Shown: in pieces, positions 45,801 through 54,858 of the stretch
How the letters are laid out: every line of letters begins with the position of its first letter
Position numbering within the stretch: the first letter of the stretch is position 1
Virus record (IMG/VR): IMGVR_UViG_3300044684_000278
Coordinates: 64,001 to 128,000 of that record
Length of the DNA: 64,000 nucleotides
Origin: a virus
Direction: 5' to 3' (one strand)
Position numbers and translations under genes: made by a program
The notes under the pieces: model-generated
What the model saw: only the letters and a program-made list of their open reading frames with translations
Database searches by the model: none
Told to the model about the DNA's origin: nothing

Positions 45801-45853
45801 TTAATTCAGGCAATACAAGAGCAGTAATTATATACACAGGAAAAGATAATTAA
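42848..45853 (+). CDS. tail fibre protein
   Basis: 1001 aa; APLASPGFTGIPTAPT and VKAATTTNITLSG.QTVDGV...QNGIY fibre motifs; duplicated ALGYTPYNP..ETLQSV.RG. Confidence 0.8.
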   Translation: MALSYPDIFEPNNKQNAQLDADYLRGGTKVVADLPTLYGLSSGPGNGKYDQLKQYVTKVYVISQGAYYILKDITNCGNSTGWQLEKTVTSFTDLTNVPTNLAGYGINSSDPLFDNKYQKLPDGLISIDPIQQSGTTITVNNVSWRIDLVTHTVATQSFTITTADTGNQRIDLIVGDSSGNLSLVQGTEGTSDVIEPAVPAGSVRIAPIYVNGGTVTQPQPDLSKYVTIDSTEQTISGVKTFQNGLNLGPGVTIKAYASGDNSSLNYSIFSSASLRIRSGASLYSDFMADGVYTYSGIHRGIVVFPQNLNTDSQINFPVDVTGTVALLSDITNATAVLAPLASPGFTGIPTAPTPATADNSTTLATTAFVKANGLNYVPYSGATGYVDLGTNEIYAGAAEIGGTWANNAAAGGFYNLSPTGNAMWIKGGSATSHNTDFYDYNNNLIGYINGNGDVHFNGTITASNFTSTAGSSITGITLNTPNSIYASPINFTVASGIATGTLSFNTQAANVFFRTTAAGTPSFSVLLGSDVTGALGYTPYNPASYPVNLNGETLQSVVSRGNVVSSDIQYSAAPVNGTSLINKTYVDNLITGITWKNEVKAATTTNITLSGIQTVDGVSLSVNDRTLVRAQSDATQNGIYVVQSGSWTRATDANTGALLVSATVFVQLGTALGHTQWTCINSSTPNIGTDAINFGQVAGAGTYAAGTGVVLNGNTFGLDTYYTDNRYVSLSGTYNNPSWISSVAYNKLTGFPGTAIQFIKGDGTAAALQSADVTTALGYTPYNPSSYPVNSGGETLQSVTGRGATTTNAITAPFYNVTNTDGTGTVNMPLQNITPSTPGSGNMKLYYSSNGLTWITPTGFKRSFWGNSLTADRVYTLPDITGTLEIQTSKVQTVDNSSTNYPSTAAVQAYVTDQRKNYKAKILANGFTETFDYMDVAGTLLSLTGSAEVTNLQYKLGSGGTYAAFPAGGVTYTAGTEIYFTWTWVNSGNTRAVIIYTGKDN

Positions 45854-45861
45854 TAAAGAAA

Positions 45862-47643
45862 ATGAGTGCAACTTATAACTGGACGTATCAACCAGGAAAG
45901 ACTAATCCTTATAGTATTACAATAAACAGTAGTGCAAATGATGTAATGCCATCTAATGCCTGTTATGTGGCCCTTTGGGGGAATGATTCTACTGGTAATG
46001 GAAGCAGAATGTTTCCCTATAGAACTATCTCTAAGGCAGTGGCACTCTGTAATACTGGTTCAATAGCTAATGGCTCTTATTGTATTATTGGGAATGGTGT
46101 TTATAGGGAAAGTATTCCAAGTTTTAATAATGGTAAATACTTGCATTTGGTGGGTGACGGTGATGTGAAGATAGATGGTTACACTTTGTCAGTTACAATA
46201 GCATTTGTAAGCCCTCAAGCGTATTGGTATAATTTAAAGATTTGGAATTTAACTATACAGCAAAACTCACAGAATTTTAACTTTACAGATTGTTCTTTCT
46301 TTGGCACGGCGTTGTCATCAAACAATGCTATGAGTTTTAATAGTTGTACGTTCAATAATTGTATCCTTAGAGATTATAATGGGGCTATGCCCAGCTTTAT
46401 TCTCTATGGAAATACATTTTACAAAACGTATATTAATCTTACTCAATATCCTATACTGACCAATACACAAAATAATATTTTCCATACATGTAATATTGAT
46501 TTTATCGGTGCGGCAACACAACAGTTTAATATGGATTTTGTGTTATTTTACCAATGCAATGTTAGATGCAGTACAACCGTTTCCATATCTACAGTGTATT
46601 ATCCAAATGCTACTCCAACTGGATACACTTATTGCAGTACTATTTCAACGTTAAAATCAACATTAGGGGCATATTTTACAGCTCAAACCTCTTTTTGCCC
46701 CTACAGCCAAATAACAGACCCATTATTTAATAACCTATCTTATTCTGATTTTTCATTGTCATTTAGTAGTCCTGCTAAAAATATGAGTTATCAGGGAGGC
46801 TATATAGGTGCAAAGTCAATCGCGTATGGCCTTAATCCTAAAGCTAATGCAGTTACTTCTGACTTTGAAAATGATACTGCTAATAACATTACTATTGCTG
46901 ATAATAGTATTACGTTTATTGATCCCACTCAGATTGGAACAATTATCACTAAGCCTATTGTAAACAGTGCGGCCAGGGAACTCCAGCGGTTTCCGGTATT
47001 TGGGACTAATGCTGACCGTAATGGGCAGTATGTTGATGCCACTGCAGATCAGGCTTCTGGAACACTATCTGCAGGAAATACATTAAATGCTGGCGTTCCT
47101 TATTCAGTTGAACAGGGGGCTATCACCTACAATGGTACGGTATACCAGCCTGGAGATAACTTTACCTCCCTGGAAAGTAGCCCTGGAACATTTACCACAA
47201 GTGCAGGAGGAGTTGTACGGGAAACTACTGAAGCAGCTGCACGGGAAAATATAGAAGTACGATTCAATGATGGGCAGAATCCTCAGATCACTGCCGGTGC
47301 TGCCTTAGAAGCATTGGGACGTTATTATGTGGTTTCAGGTTCCATCACTTACAATGGTACAACATATAATGCAGGTCAGGTATTTAAGGCAGACAACACG
47401 GGTACCAATACATTCAGCGGTGGTGGAGCTATACAACTGATCTTCCATGACAGCGATCCTTGGTACTACTTTGAGATTGGCACCAAACCACAGAGTAACA
47501 ATAATGGTAATGTTAGAACAGGGGCTATTGTCAAAGGTAATGGTGACCCCAATTTTGACCGAACTCCTGCAAACGTATTCAACATCAACCAGAAATTCAT
47601 TCAGATCCGCTATACCCTTCAACCTAATAACCTTGCTCCATAA
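45862..47643 (+). CDS. beta-helix (DUF1565-like) tailspike / receptor-binding protein
   Basis: YVALWGNDSTGNGS..PYRTISKAV start; N/C/F-rich coils; C-terminal ITYNGT repeats. Confidence 0.6.
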   Translation: MSATYNWTYQPGKTNPYSITINSSANDVMPSNACYVALWGNDSTGNGSRMFPYRTISKAVALCNTGSIANGSYCIIGNGVYRESIPSFNNGKYLHLVGDGDVKIDGYTLSVTIAFVSPQAYWYNLKIWNLTIQQNSQNFNFTDCSFFGTALSSNNAMSFNSCTFNNCILRDYNGAMPSFILYGNTFYKTYINLTQYPILTNTQNNIFHTCNIDFIGAATQQFNMDFVLFYQCNVRCSTTVSISTVYYPNATPTGYTYCSTISTLKSTLGAYFTAQTSFCPYSQITDPLFNNLSYSDFSLSFSSPAKNMSYQGGYIGAKSIAYGLNPKANAVTSDFENDTANNITIADNSITFIDPTQIGTIITKPIVNSAARELQRFPVFGTNADRNGQYVDATADQASGTLSAGNTLNAGVPYSVEQGAITYNGTVYQPGDNFTSLESSPGTFTTSAGGVVRETTEAAARENIEVRFNDGQNPQITAGAALEALGRYYVVSGSITYNGTTYNAGQVFKADNTGTNTFSGGGAIQLIFHDSDPWYYFEIGTKPQSNNNGNVRTGAIVKGNGDPNFDRTPANVFNINQKFIQIRYTLQPNNLAP

Positions 47644-48026
47644 TGGCTTATACAATAACATCAGGTCAGGTACAGCCAGGAGTGTTGTATCTGGTTAATG
47701 GGCAGCAATCCGTTGTTTACAATGGTACAACATATGCTTCAGGGACTACCTTCCGTGGAGTAACAGGGACTTCTTCATTTACCTATACAGGTACTGGTAC
47801 CCAAAGTGTGACTGAGGTGCTGGAGCTTTATGCTGCGGCCATCAGTTTTGTTGAGAACGCCCTGGACCTTCCCCACTTTAATGTCACTACTCAGCTGAAT
47901 TCCTTTGGTGTGGAGTTTGTCCAAAACAAAGGTGATATGAAAACAACTGATACTACACAAATCAACTGTTTCTCTGTGGAAGTGATGGATTATCCATACT
48001 TGTTAACACCCATTTACAGACGCTAA
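47643..48026 (+). CDS. fibre-associated protein
   Basis: VVYNGTTY..G..F motif shared with the previous gene. Confidence 0.65.
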   Translation: MAYTITSGQVQPGVLYLVNGQQSVVYNGTTYASGTTFRGVTGTSSFTYTGTGTQSVTEVLELYAAAISFVENALDLPHFNVTTQLNSFGVEFVQNKGDMKTTDTTQINCFSVEVMDYPYLLTPIYRR

Positions 48027-48102
48027 GTGGTTTGTTATTCTGATCCAAAAAGATTATATTATAATGTAGGGAGCTTCCTACATTAACCAACATGAGTCCC
48101 TT

Positions 48103-48297
48103 ATGAATTCAATAACCCTTAACCAGGAGGAGCTGCAGGCTCTGAACCAGTTTATTAATGAAATACCTACCAAGTATGGTATCTTCCTGATTAATACACT
48201 AAATAGTGCAGCCAGGCGTAATGAGCAGGAAAAACAGGTAGCTGACGATGCTGCCAAGACTGTTGCTCCGCCTTCTGCAGAGCAGGCTACAGCCTAA
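48103..48297 (+). CDS. small hypothetical protein
   Basis: 64 aa behind late-promoter motif at 48053. Confidence 0.65.
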   Translation: MNSITLNQEELQALNQFINEIPTKYGIFLINTLNSAARRNEQEKQVADDAAKTVAPPSAEQATA

Positions 48298-48314
48298 TCC
48301 ATCCCCTAAATAAA

Positions 48315-49544
48315 ATGATTCCAACCCGTTCCAATCTCCCTGAAAGGGGGTGTTCTCCGGTATCCTCTAACTGTGTCACATGGCAGGGCCCATGCCTTAC
48401 CTGTATTGGAGTCAATACGGGGGACAGTGTCTCTGATGTGGTAGCAGCCCTTGCCCAGCAGGTTTGCGAACTGCTGGATACGCTAAACATCACGGATCTG
48501 GATTTCAAGTGCCTGGTGGACAGTTCCCTGACCACTGGTGCTCCATCCAAGAACCTTTCTACTGCTATCACCCTTCTGATCAATAAAGTCTGCTCCCTGG
48601 AGGATGCCATTGGTGCCCTTGGAGGCAGTACGGCTACTCCTGCAGAAGTCAATGTAAACATTGCATCCTGCTTCCAGGTTACAGATACCAATGGAGATAC
48701 AGTAACCACACTTGGTATCTCTGATTACGTTAAAGCCATTGGTAACAAAGTATGTTCCCTGGCTTCCACTGTAACCGCACAGGGTAACACACTGACCAAC
48801 CATGAAGGAAGGCTCTCCACCCTGGAAAATAAAGAGAGCAGCACCACACTCCCCACCGTTGCTCCAGGATGTCTGGCTACCAGTTCCACTCCCATCGCAC
48901 TGGATAGTGCTGTGGAGGAACTGATCACCCAGTTCTGTGCCCTGCAGACAGCTACCGGAAAAGGTGCTGACCTGTTGGGTGCCGTATCAAAGCAGTGCGC
49001 TAACATAAACTCAGATACCCAGCTCTCCGGATCCGGGAACATGAGTGCTATCAGTGGCTGGAAATCTGCCCCCGCAACGGTTGCGGATTCCCTGAATAAT
49101 ATGTGGCTGGCTATCTGTGACATACGTGGTGCTGTAAAAAGCGTGATGACCTGCTGCAAGAAAACCTGTGCAGATGTGATTGTGAGCTTCGTTGCTAATA
49201 TCACAGACAATGGTGCCACCCTGAAATTATTTTTCTCCGGTTATACTTTTATTCCGGATGGATTCTCAGACTGTTCTGTAAATGGGGCCAAACTAACTAT
49301 TACTGATGGTCTTGGTGGAAGCTATACCACGTATATAAAACTTGCTACTGCTGCTGCATCTACTGATCCGATAAGTATCAATGTTGCTTCTACACCATTA
49401 AGTCCTACCGGTAACTATAGCCTGACTTTAGACAGCTGCTTAACCGATGGTACGCTCACCTGTAATAAATCTGTAGTTGTATCGGTTACTGGTACTGCCC
49501 TAAGTTGTAATGCTCCTTCTAATGTAACTGCCACTCTTGCATAA
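48315..49544 (+). CDS. Cys-rich structural protein
   Basis: CSPVSSNCV.WQGP..C..G.SVSDVV..L...VC helical repeats. Confidence 0.75.
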   Translation: MIPTRSNLPERGCSPVSSNCVTWQGPCLTCIGVNTGDSVSDVVAALAQQVCELLDTLNITDLDFKCLVDSSLTTGAPSKNLSTAITLLINKVCSLEDAIGALGGSTATPAEVNVNIASCFQVTDTNGDTVTTLGISDYVKAIGNKVCSLASTVTAQGNTLTNHEGRLSTLENKESSTTLPTVAPGCLATSSTPIALDSAVEELITQFCALQTATGKGADLLGAVSKQCANINSDTQLSGSGNMSAISGWKSAPATVADSLNNMWLAICDIRGAVKSVMTCCKKTCADVIVSFVANITDNGATLKLFFSGYTFIPDGFSDCSVNGAKLTITDGLGGSYTTYIKLATAAASTDPISINVASTPLSPTGNYSLTLDSCLTDGTLTCNKSVVVSVTGTALSCNAPSNVTATLA

Positions 49545-49546
49545 CA

Positions 49547-50062
49547 ATGTTTAAAAGAAATATCTATTACGACTATTCAGCCGGAGGATCCGGAGGTTCA
49601 ACAGGCCCTGTTGTAAGCACGATCACACCTGCTCTGGCAGGTGCAGGTGCCCTGGTATTGATTACTGGTTCAGGATTTACAGGAGCTACTGCCATCACTT
49701 TGGGTGGTATTCCGGTGGCTTCCTTCATGGTCATCAGTGATACACAGATCTCTGCTATCGTGGGGCATGGTGCTTCCGGTAGCGTGAGCATTACTACTCC
49801 ATCAGGAACTGGTCTAATGGCAGGTTTTACATTCTCACCAGTAGCCAACTGTTCCGGATGCAATACTACACCACTGGTGAATGTCTGTGCTGACCCTGAA
49901 TACTGTGAAGAACTATATGCTGATAAATGTATCAACCATACAGGTAATCTGACCAATCTTGGTGTCACAGGCAGTGCCCGTCTGGATGCAATCCTCCAGG
50001 CCATTGATGGTGCTATCGGGAACTTGAATAGTCTTGTAAATACAACTACACCCTCCCGTTAA
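49547..50062 (+). CDS. IPT/TIG-domain Cys-rich protein
   Basis: PVVSTITP..AGAG.LV.ITGSGFTGAT...SDTQISA.V....SGSVSITTPSG. Confidence 0.75.
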   Translation: MFKRNIYYDYSAGGSGGSTGPVVSTITPALAGAGALVLITGSGFTGATAITLGGIPVASFMVISDTQISAIVGHGASGSVSITTPSGTGLMAGFTFSPVANCSGCNTTPLVNVCADPEYCEELYADKCINHTGNLTNLGVTGSARLDAILQAIDGAIGNLNSLVNTTTPSR

Positions 50063-50064
50063 TC

Positions 50065-50490
50065 ATGGCTACCTTAACCGTATCCTTTATACCTCCCAAT
50101 CCTGTGCCTGCCAATGGTTTTATTGTAAAATACCGTAAAGTAGGTGACAGCACCTACACTAGGGTTTTGCCCAATCCAACTACAGCTCCCGTGTTTATTA
50201 CCGTAGCGGATAGTTCGGTGAGTTATGAAGGCATTGTACAAAGTGATTGTGGCAGTGGCTTTACCTGCCCTGAGATTAGTTTTACCATTGCCCCTACCTG
50301 TAATGGTATTAATAGGAAGTTGGTTGGAGGCATCTGTGAGATCGGTATAAAAACCTATATAGGCAGTACTGCTAATACCTCAGGTGGTTATAGCTGTAGT
50401 TACTACTACGTTTTCAGTGATGGAAGCCATACCAACTCATATATTGAATCCAATCCAGCACCTTGTACGCTGGGTGCTGTAGTAGCTTAA
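50065..50490 (+). CDS. FN3-like domain protein
   Basis: LTVSF.PP..GFIVKYRKVG..SYEGIVQSDC. Confidence 0.7.
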   Translation: MATLTVSFIPPNPVPANGFIVKYRKVGDSTYTRVLPNPTTAPVFITVADSSVSYEGIVQSDCGSGFTCPEISFTIAPTCNGINRKLVGGICEIGIKTYIGSTANTSGGYSCSYYYVFSDGSHTNSYIESNPAPCTLGAVVA

Positions 50491-50493
50491 GAT

Positions 50494-51048
50494 ATGTCTA
50501 ATCCTATTGCAACCATTAACTGGACACCAGCAACCAATGGGAACTGCATCTCCCAGGAGATTGATTACAAAAAACAATCAGACAGTGCCTGGATAGCAGC
50601 AGGATCAGTAAGCCCCACAACAAATACATACAGTATCCCAGGACTGGAAAGCAATGTCTTCTATGACATCCGAATTCTGAGTAACTGCACGGTGGGAGGA
50701 CCTTCCCCCAGTACGGTTTTCACAGTGATTTCCATGTACTGCCCGGTAGTTACCCTATCGGCCACAGATACTGCAGTGAACTATTCCTTTCCCAATCCAG
50801 GAGAAAGTATTACTTCAGTGCATATAGAACTACTGGATAGCAGTAATGGGATCATTTCTTTTCAGAATCCTGCATTAAGCTCCACTATATCCGGAAGTTT
50901 TACAGGACTTAACCAGGGCACAGCTTACCAGATCAGATTAAGTATCAATGCCGGTACAACACTGAAGATCTGTCCTATTCAAAGTATAACAACCACCATA
51001 CCTGTCTGTGATCCGGTGACTAACCTCACAGCAGCCCTATCATCATAA
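50494..51048 (+). CDS. tandem FN3-domain protein
   Basis: GLESNVFYDIRI and GLNQGTAYQIRL FN3 motifs. Confidence 0.75.
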   Translation: MSNPIATINWTPATNGNCISQEIDYKKQSDSAWIAAGSVSPTTNTYSIPGLESNVFYDIRILSNCTVGGPSPSTVFTVISMYCPVVTLSATDTAVNYSFPNPGESITSVHIELLDSSNGIISFQNPALSSTISGSFTGLNQGTAYQIRLSINAGTTLKICPIQSITTTIPVCDPVTNLTAALSS

Positions 51049-51050
51049 CA

Positions 51051-51878
51051 ATGGCCAATCTAACCATATCATTTACCGCTCCTGCCGTACCCCCTGCAGA
51101 TGGATATATTGTACAATATCGTGCAGTGGGAGATGCTTCTTATACTACGGTCAATCCTAATCCTACTTCCAGTCCTGTTGTAATTTCAGGGGTAGATACT
51201 TCAAAAGCCTATGAGGGCAGTGTTCAATGTGAATGTACTCCCACCAATAAAAGCACCATAGCTACCTTTAATGTTGGCGCATTGGCTGTACTGGATCCAT
51301 TTGACTATATGGTCATCCGTTATAAAAACAATAATGGTGGTACTGATATGGATACTGGTACCGGTTTTGTAACTACCGGAACAGACCAGGATATTGACTA
51401 TACTGCCAATACCAACTGGGTGGGTTATAGCAAACCAGCTACTACACCTTATCTGAACTGGGGGGGAGATAATACTTCAGGTGGAGGTGTTGAGGCCATC
51501 CTGGTCAACTTCAAGCAATTTATAGCAGATCATGGAAGTCTACCTTCTGTGATCAAAATAAGACTCCATTCCTGGTGGTACTCTACTATGACATCAGGAA
51601 GTATTACCCTGGAATTACAGACCTGGAAAGACGGCACAGCCCCTGTTGCCAATCCATCTGCCTATGATTTTACCAAGACAGATGGTACCCAGGTAGATTT
51701 AATTGATGTACCTATTACGGTAAACTGTGTCCGTGGAAGTGCCGCTACTGCTATTGGATGTCTTGAAAAAGTAGCTGAGGTTGTTTATGATACATCTACA
51801 AAATCAGCATCCCTTGTCACCATCACAGGTGGATGTACCTGCTCAGGATCTACCTCAGGAGGAACTGCAAACCCTTAA
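51051..51878 (+). CDS. FN3-like plus beta-rich domain protein
   Basis: N-terminus paralogous to 50065 gene; FDYMVIRY..DMDT..LNWGGDNT..GVEAILV. Confidence 0.7.
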   Translation: MANLTISFTAPAVPPADGYIVQYRAVGDASYTTVNPNPTSSPVVISGVDTSKAYEGSVQCECTPTNKSTIATFNVGALAVLDPFDYMVIRYKNNNGGTDMDTGTGFVTTGTDQDIDYTANTNWVGYSKPATTPYLNWGGDNTSGGGVEAILVNFKQFIADHGSLPSVIKIRLHSWWYSTMTSGSITLELQTWKDGTAPVANPSAYDFTKTDGTQVDLIDVPITVNCVRGSAATAIGCLEKVAEVVYDTSTKSASLVTITGGCTCSGSTSGGTANP

Positions 51879-52051
51879 AAAATTAGTTCTGTGTTTTGTT
51901 GGTTTTATACAGAACCCCAAGTACCCCGGTAGAGCGAGTCTCCGGGGTTACTTATTTATGTCTACAACATGTCCATAACTTCTACAGAAAAACCGTGATT
52001 TTAGAGAGTAAATTTGTAGAATAAGAAAGCATACACTAACCCCTTACCCTA

Positions 52052-53368
52052 ATGAATTTGATCAACCTTGTCTATGACTCCCTGAAGTGGAAGAAGTCAG
52101 ATGAGTTCTGTGCAGCCAAGCTGGACATTACCCTGGAAAAATACAGGAATGTAAAAGACCAGATCCGCCTGGTGAAGGAGATCTTCCAGGATGACCTGGA
52201 TGATGTGCTGAAGGATCTCATCCAAAAGAAGATCCAGGAGCAGGAAGATGAGCGTACCCTGATTGAAGAGTCCGTGCGTACCCTCCAGGAAAGAGGTGTT
52301 GTCCTCAACAAAGAACCCAAGGTCATAGAAAGTAAGCATAACCTGGATGATGGTACTGCTGAACTGAAGGCCATCTCTTTTACCGAACCAAAGAGTGCTG
52401 AGGAGATTGAGAAGATCCTAAAGATTGACAAGAGCAAGTGGAAGCTTGCCACCTACTGGAATAAAGAACATAAGGGCTACTGGCTGGTATCGGCCATGGT
52501 CACCCAGAAAAAACCCGAACCGGTTGACATCCTCCGTACCGCCCTGGAGGATCTGCAGCTGAAGTACACCCCTGTAACAGAAAATCACATCAATAAAAAG
52601 TTCACGGATAATACCTGTGCGGTCCTGTCCCTTCAGGACATCCACGTAGGAAAAGAAGTGATCGAGCATGGCGGATCCATTGAAGCCTCTGTAAAGACCT
52701 GCATCCAGCAGCTGATCTATAAATCCTACCATTCCTTCTGCCTGGACAAGATCATCTTTGTGCTGGGTGGGGACCTGGTCAACATGGATACCTGGCTGGG
52801 CACCACTACTTCAGGCACTCCTGTTGCCAACAGCATGGGAGCTTATGAAGCCTTCCAGCTGGCCTTCGAGCTGATGTTCTGGAGTGTGAACTTCTTAAAG
52901 CAGTTCTGTAATGAACTGGAAGTGGTATACATCCCAGGTAATCACTCAAGACTTACGGAGGCACACATTGCCTATGCCCTTTCCCGGCAGATCACTGATC
53001 CCCATATCACCTGGAACATTGGCTATGCCACCCGTAAGGCCATCCAGTATGGTAATTCCATGATCTGTCTGGAGCATGGGGACTTTGATACCCGCAAATC
53101 CTTTGCAGCCTTTGCCACTGAATTCCCGGAAATGTGGGGAAAGACCAAGTACCGGGTGGTTTACACAGGTCACTACCACAAGGAAAAGAAGATTGAATAC
53201 CTCACCACGGATGAACTCAACGGGTTAACCGTTAAAGTCCTTCCTTCCCTGTGCAGGAAAGACCGTTACCATGATGATCATAAATGGTTTGGCAACAAGC
53301 GTGGTGGTATCATTGAACTGCATAATGAGACCAAGGGCCCTGTGGGTCAGTTTTCTTACTATGAATAA
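52052..53368 (+). CDS. calcineurin-like metallophosphoesterase
   Basis: DIHVG, GGDLVNMD, PGNHS, EHGD, GHYH: all five motifs. Confidence 0.88.
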   Translation: MNLINLVYDSLKWKKSDEFCAAKLDITLEKYRNVKDQIRLVKEIFQDDLDDVLKDLIQKKIQEQEDERTLIEESVRTLQERGVVLNKEPKVIESKHNLDDGTAELKAISFTEPKSAEEIEKILKIDKSKWKLATYWNKEHKGYWLVSAMVTQKKPEPVDILRTALEDLQLKYTPVTENHINKKFTDNTCAVLSLQDIHVGKEVIEHGGSIEASVKTCIQQLIYKSYHSFCLDKIIFVLGGDLVNMDTWLGTTTSGTPVANSMGAYEAFQLAFELMFWSVNFLKQFCNELEVVYIPGNHSRLTEAHIAYALSRQITDPHITWNIGYATRKAIQYGNSMICLEHGDFDTRKSFAAFATEFPEMWGKTKYRVVYTGHYHKEKKIEYLTTDELNGLTVKVLPSLCRKDRYHDDHKWFGNKRGGIIELHNETKGPVGQFSYYE

Positions 53369-53528
53369 ATTCTCACAACTCAATCACAAAGAAATATATC
53401 ACCATATACAGAAGTACGGAGTCAACAGTGCCTGCAGAAGATTCAACATCATGAGAGATGATGCCCTGATCATCTGCAGGACTTTTGTCCCGGTTACGGA
53501 TGTTCGTAAACCCCTGAGGTTTAGTTAG
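53361..53528 (+). CDS. 55-aa HTH-like protein
   Basis: MNKFSQL..KYGVNSACRRFNI; overlaps the upstream stop. Confidence 0.45.
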   Translation: MNKFSQLNHKEIYHHIQKYGVNSACRRFNIMRDDALIICRTFVPVTDVRKPLRFS

Positions 53529-53572
53529 GAAACCTATAAGATTTTTTGTAAATTATAATGTAGCATCCGTAG

Positions 53573-54157
53573 ATGAAGCCCTTTAAAGCACCAGATCTCT
53601 CTGCTCCCCGTTATCGTCCCAAAAAGCTGAATCTACTCAATAATGAGTTCTGTGAACGGTTCAGGGAAAAGTATCCCAAGTACAAGCACCTCAGTAACCA
53701 GCAGATCAAAGAAGTGGTGAAAGCAGTGAATGGTGCCATGTGGCAGGAAGTTATTTCTTCCCGTGACGGCATTGAGCTACCGGAGCAGCTGGGATTTATT
53801 TTTATCGGGACATGTCCCCGCAAGCACGGGGAGAACACGGACTATAAGAAGTCCAGGGTCTACGGAGTAAAGACACAGAACAAGAACTGGGAATCTGACC
53901 AGTACGTGGCCAAGATCTTCTACACGAATTTTGAGACCAAGTATCACTTTAGATTTCATGAGCTCTGGGGATTTACAGCGGTAAGGGACTTCAAGAGGAC
54001 CGTGGCCAGCACCTATCCGGAGCAGTGGAAACAATACGTGATGGTGGACAACCTGGTAAAGGTATCCCGCATATTCCGCAAGCAAGTCTACAAAGAACAC
54101 ATACAGAAAGAGACCCTACTGAGGCTGGAAGACTATGATGAGTTTGACCTCAGCTAA
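53573..54157 (+). CDS. HU/IHF-like protein (crAss-type)
   Basis: IKEVVKAVN....VI..RDGIELPEQLG.I; position before the tail ring genes. Confidence 0.55.
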   Translation: MKPFKAPDLSAPRYRPKKLNLLNNEFCERFREKYPKYKHLSNQQIKEVVKAVNGAMWQEVISSRDGIELPEQLGFIFIGTCPRKHGENTDYKKSRVYGVKTQNKNWESDQYVAKIFYTNFETKYHFRFHELWGFTAVRDFKRTVASTYPEQWKQYVMVDNLVKVSRIFRKQVYKEHIQKETLLRLEDYDEFDLS

Positions 54158-54171
54158 CCTACCTAAACCCT

Positions 54172-54855
54172 ATGAGCAGAAAAACGATTGGAGATGTTGT
54201 TTCCAGGATCCGTAATAATCTCAAATCCGTTAACCAGGATGCGTTCCTGACGGACCGTTACATCTACTCCGTTGTGCTCAAGCACGGAGCCTGGCTGATG
54301 AAGCGTGAAGATGGAGCCTTCAAGCTCATGAAGTTCCAGAGCATATTTCAGACGCTGGACTTTGTGGAGCTGGAAGAAGTGGATAAGATCACGGCCCAAT
54401 GTACCGGACTTACTTCTGACTGCACCATTAAACGCACTAAAGATAAACTCCCTTCCTTCATGGAGGGTTACTGGGGCCCGCTGATCCGGGCGGTAACCTC
54501 CATTGACGGCTCCTTCAAAGTAGAAGCTACCACTCCCAATGATTACCTCAGGCTCTCCAGACAGAAGAACTTCAAGTACAACAAGACCCTTTATTACTGG
54601 TTCATCAATGACTACCTGTACTTCCCCAACCTGGAATGGGATGCGGTGAGGATAGAAGGCATTTTTGAAGATGACATCTCTGCCTACACCTGCCTTGAGT
54701 GCGGTGATGATGGCTGTATGCCCCGCCAGAGTCAGTACTGCAATATCCCCGAATACCTGCTGGGTGAACTGGAAACCCATGTTCTCCAGGAGATGGGGCA
54801 GATGATGCAGTTCCCTGTAGATCCTACCCATGACAAACAAAATCCTTCCCGCTAA
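54172..54855 (+). CDS. tail ring protein
   Basis: TIGDVVSRIR, YYWFINDYLYF, VRIEGIFED; crAss-like tail module. Confidence 0.7.
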   Translation: MSRKTIGDVVSRIRNNLKSVNQDAFLTDRYIYSVVLKHGAWLMKREDGAFKLMKFQSIFQTLDFVELEEVDKITAQCTGLTSDCTIKRTKDKLPSFMEGYWGPLIRAVTSIDGSFKVEATTPNDYLRLSRQKNFKYNKTLYYWFINDYLYFPNLEWDAVRIEGIFEDDISAYTCLECGDDGCMPRQSQYCNIPEYLLGELETHVLQEMGQMMQFPVDPTHDKQNPSR

Positions 54856-54858
54856 TCC

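Noticed and set aside
41033-47643. Diversity-generating retroelement or invertible fibre cassette
   Set aside because: No reverse transcriptase, recombinase or adenine-only variant repeat pair seen; internal repeats are protein-level duplications.
22732-52020. TCTAC/GTAGA words resembling Cas12a CRISPR repeats
   Set aside because: No regular repeat-spacer array and no full AATTTCTAC..GTAGAT unit; better explained as regulatory motifs.
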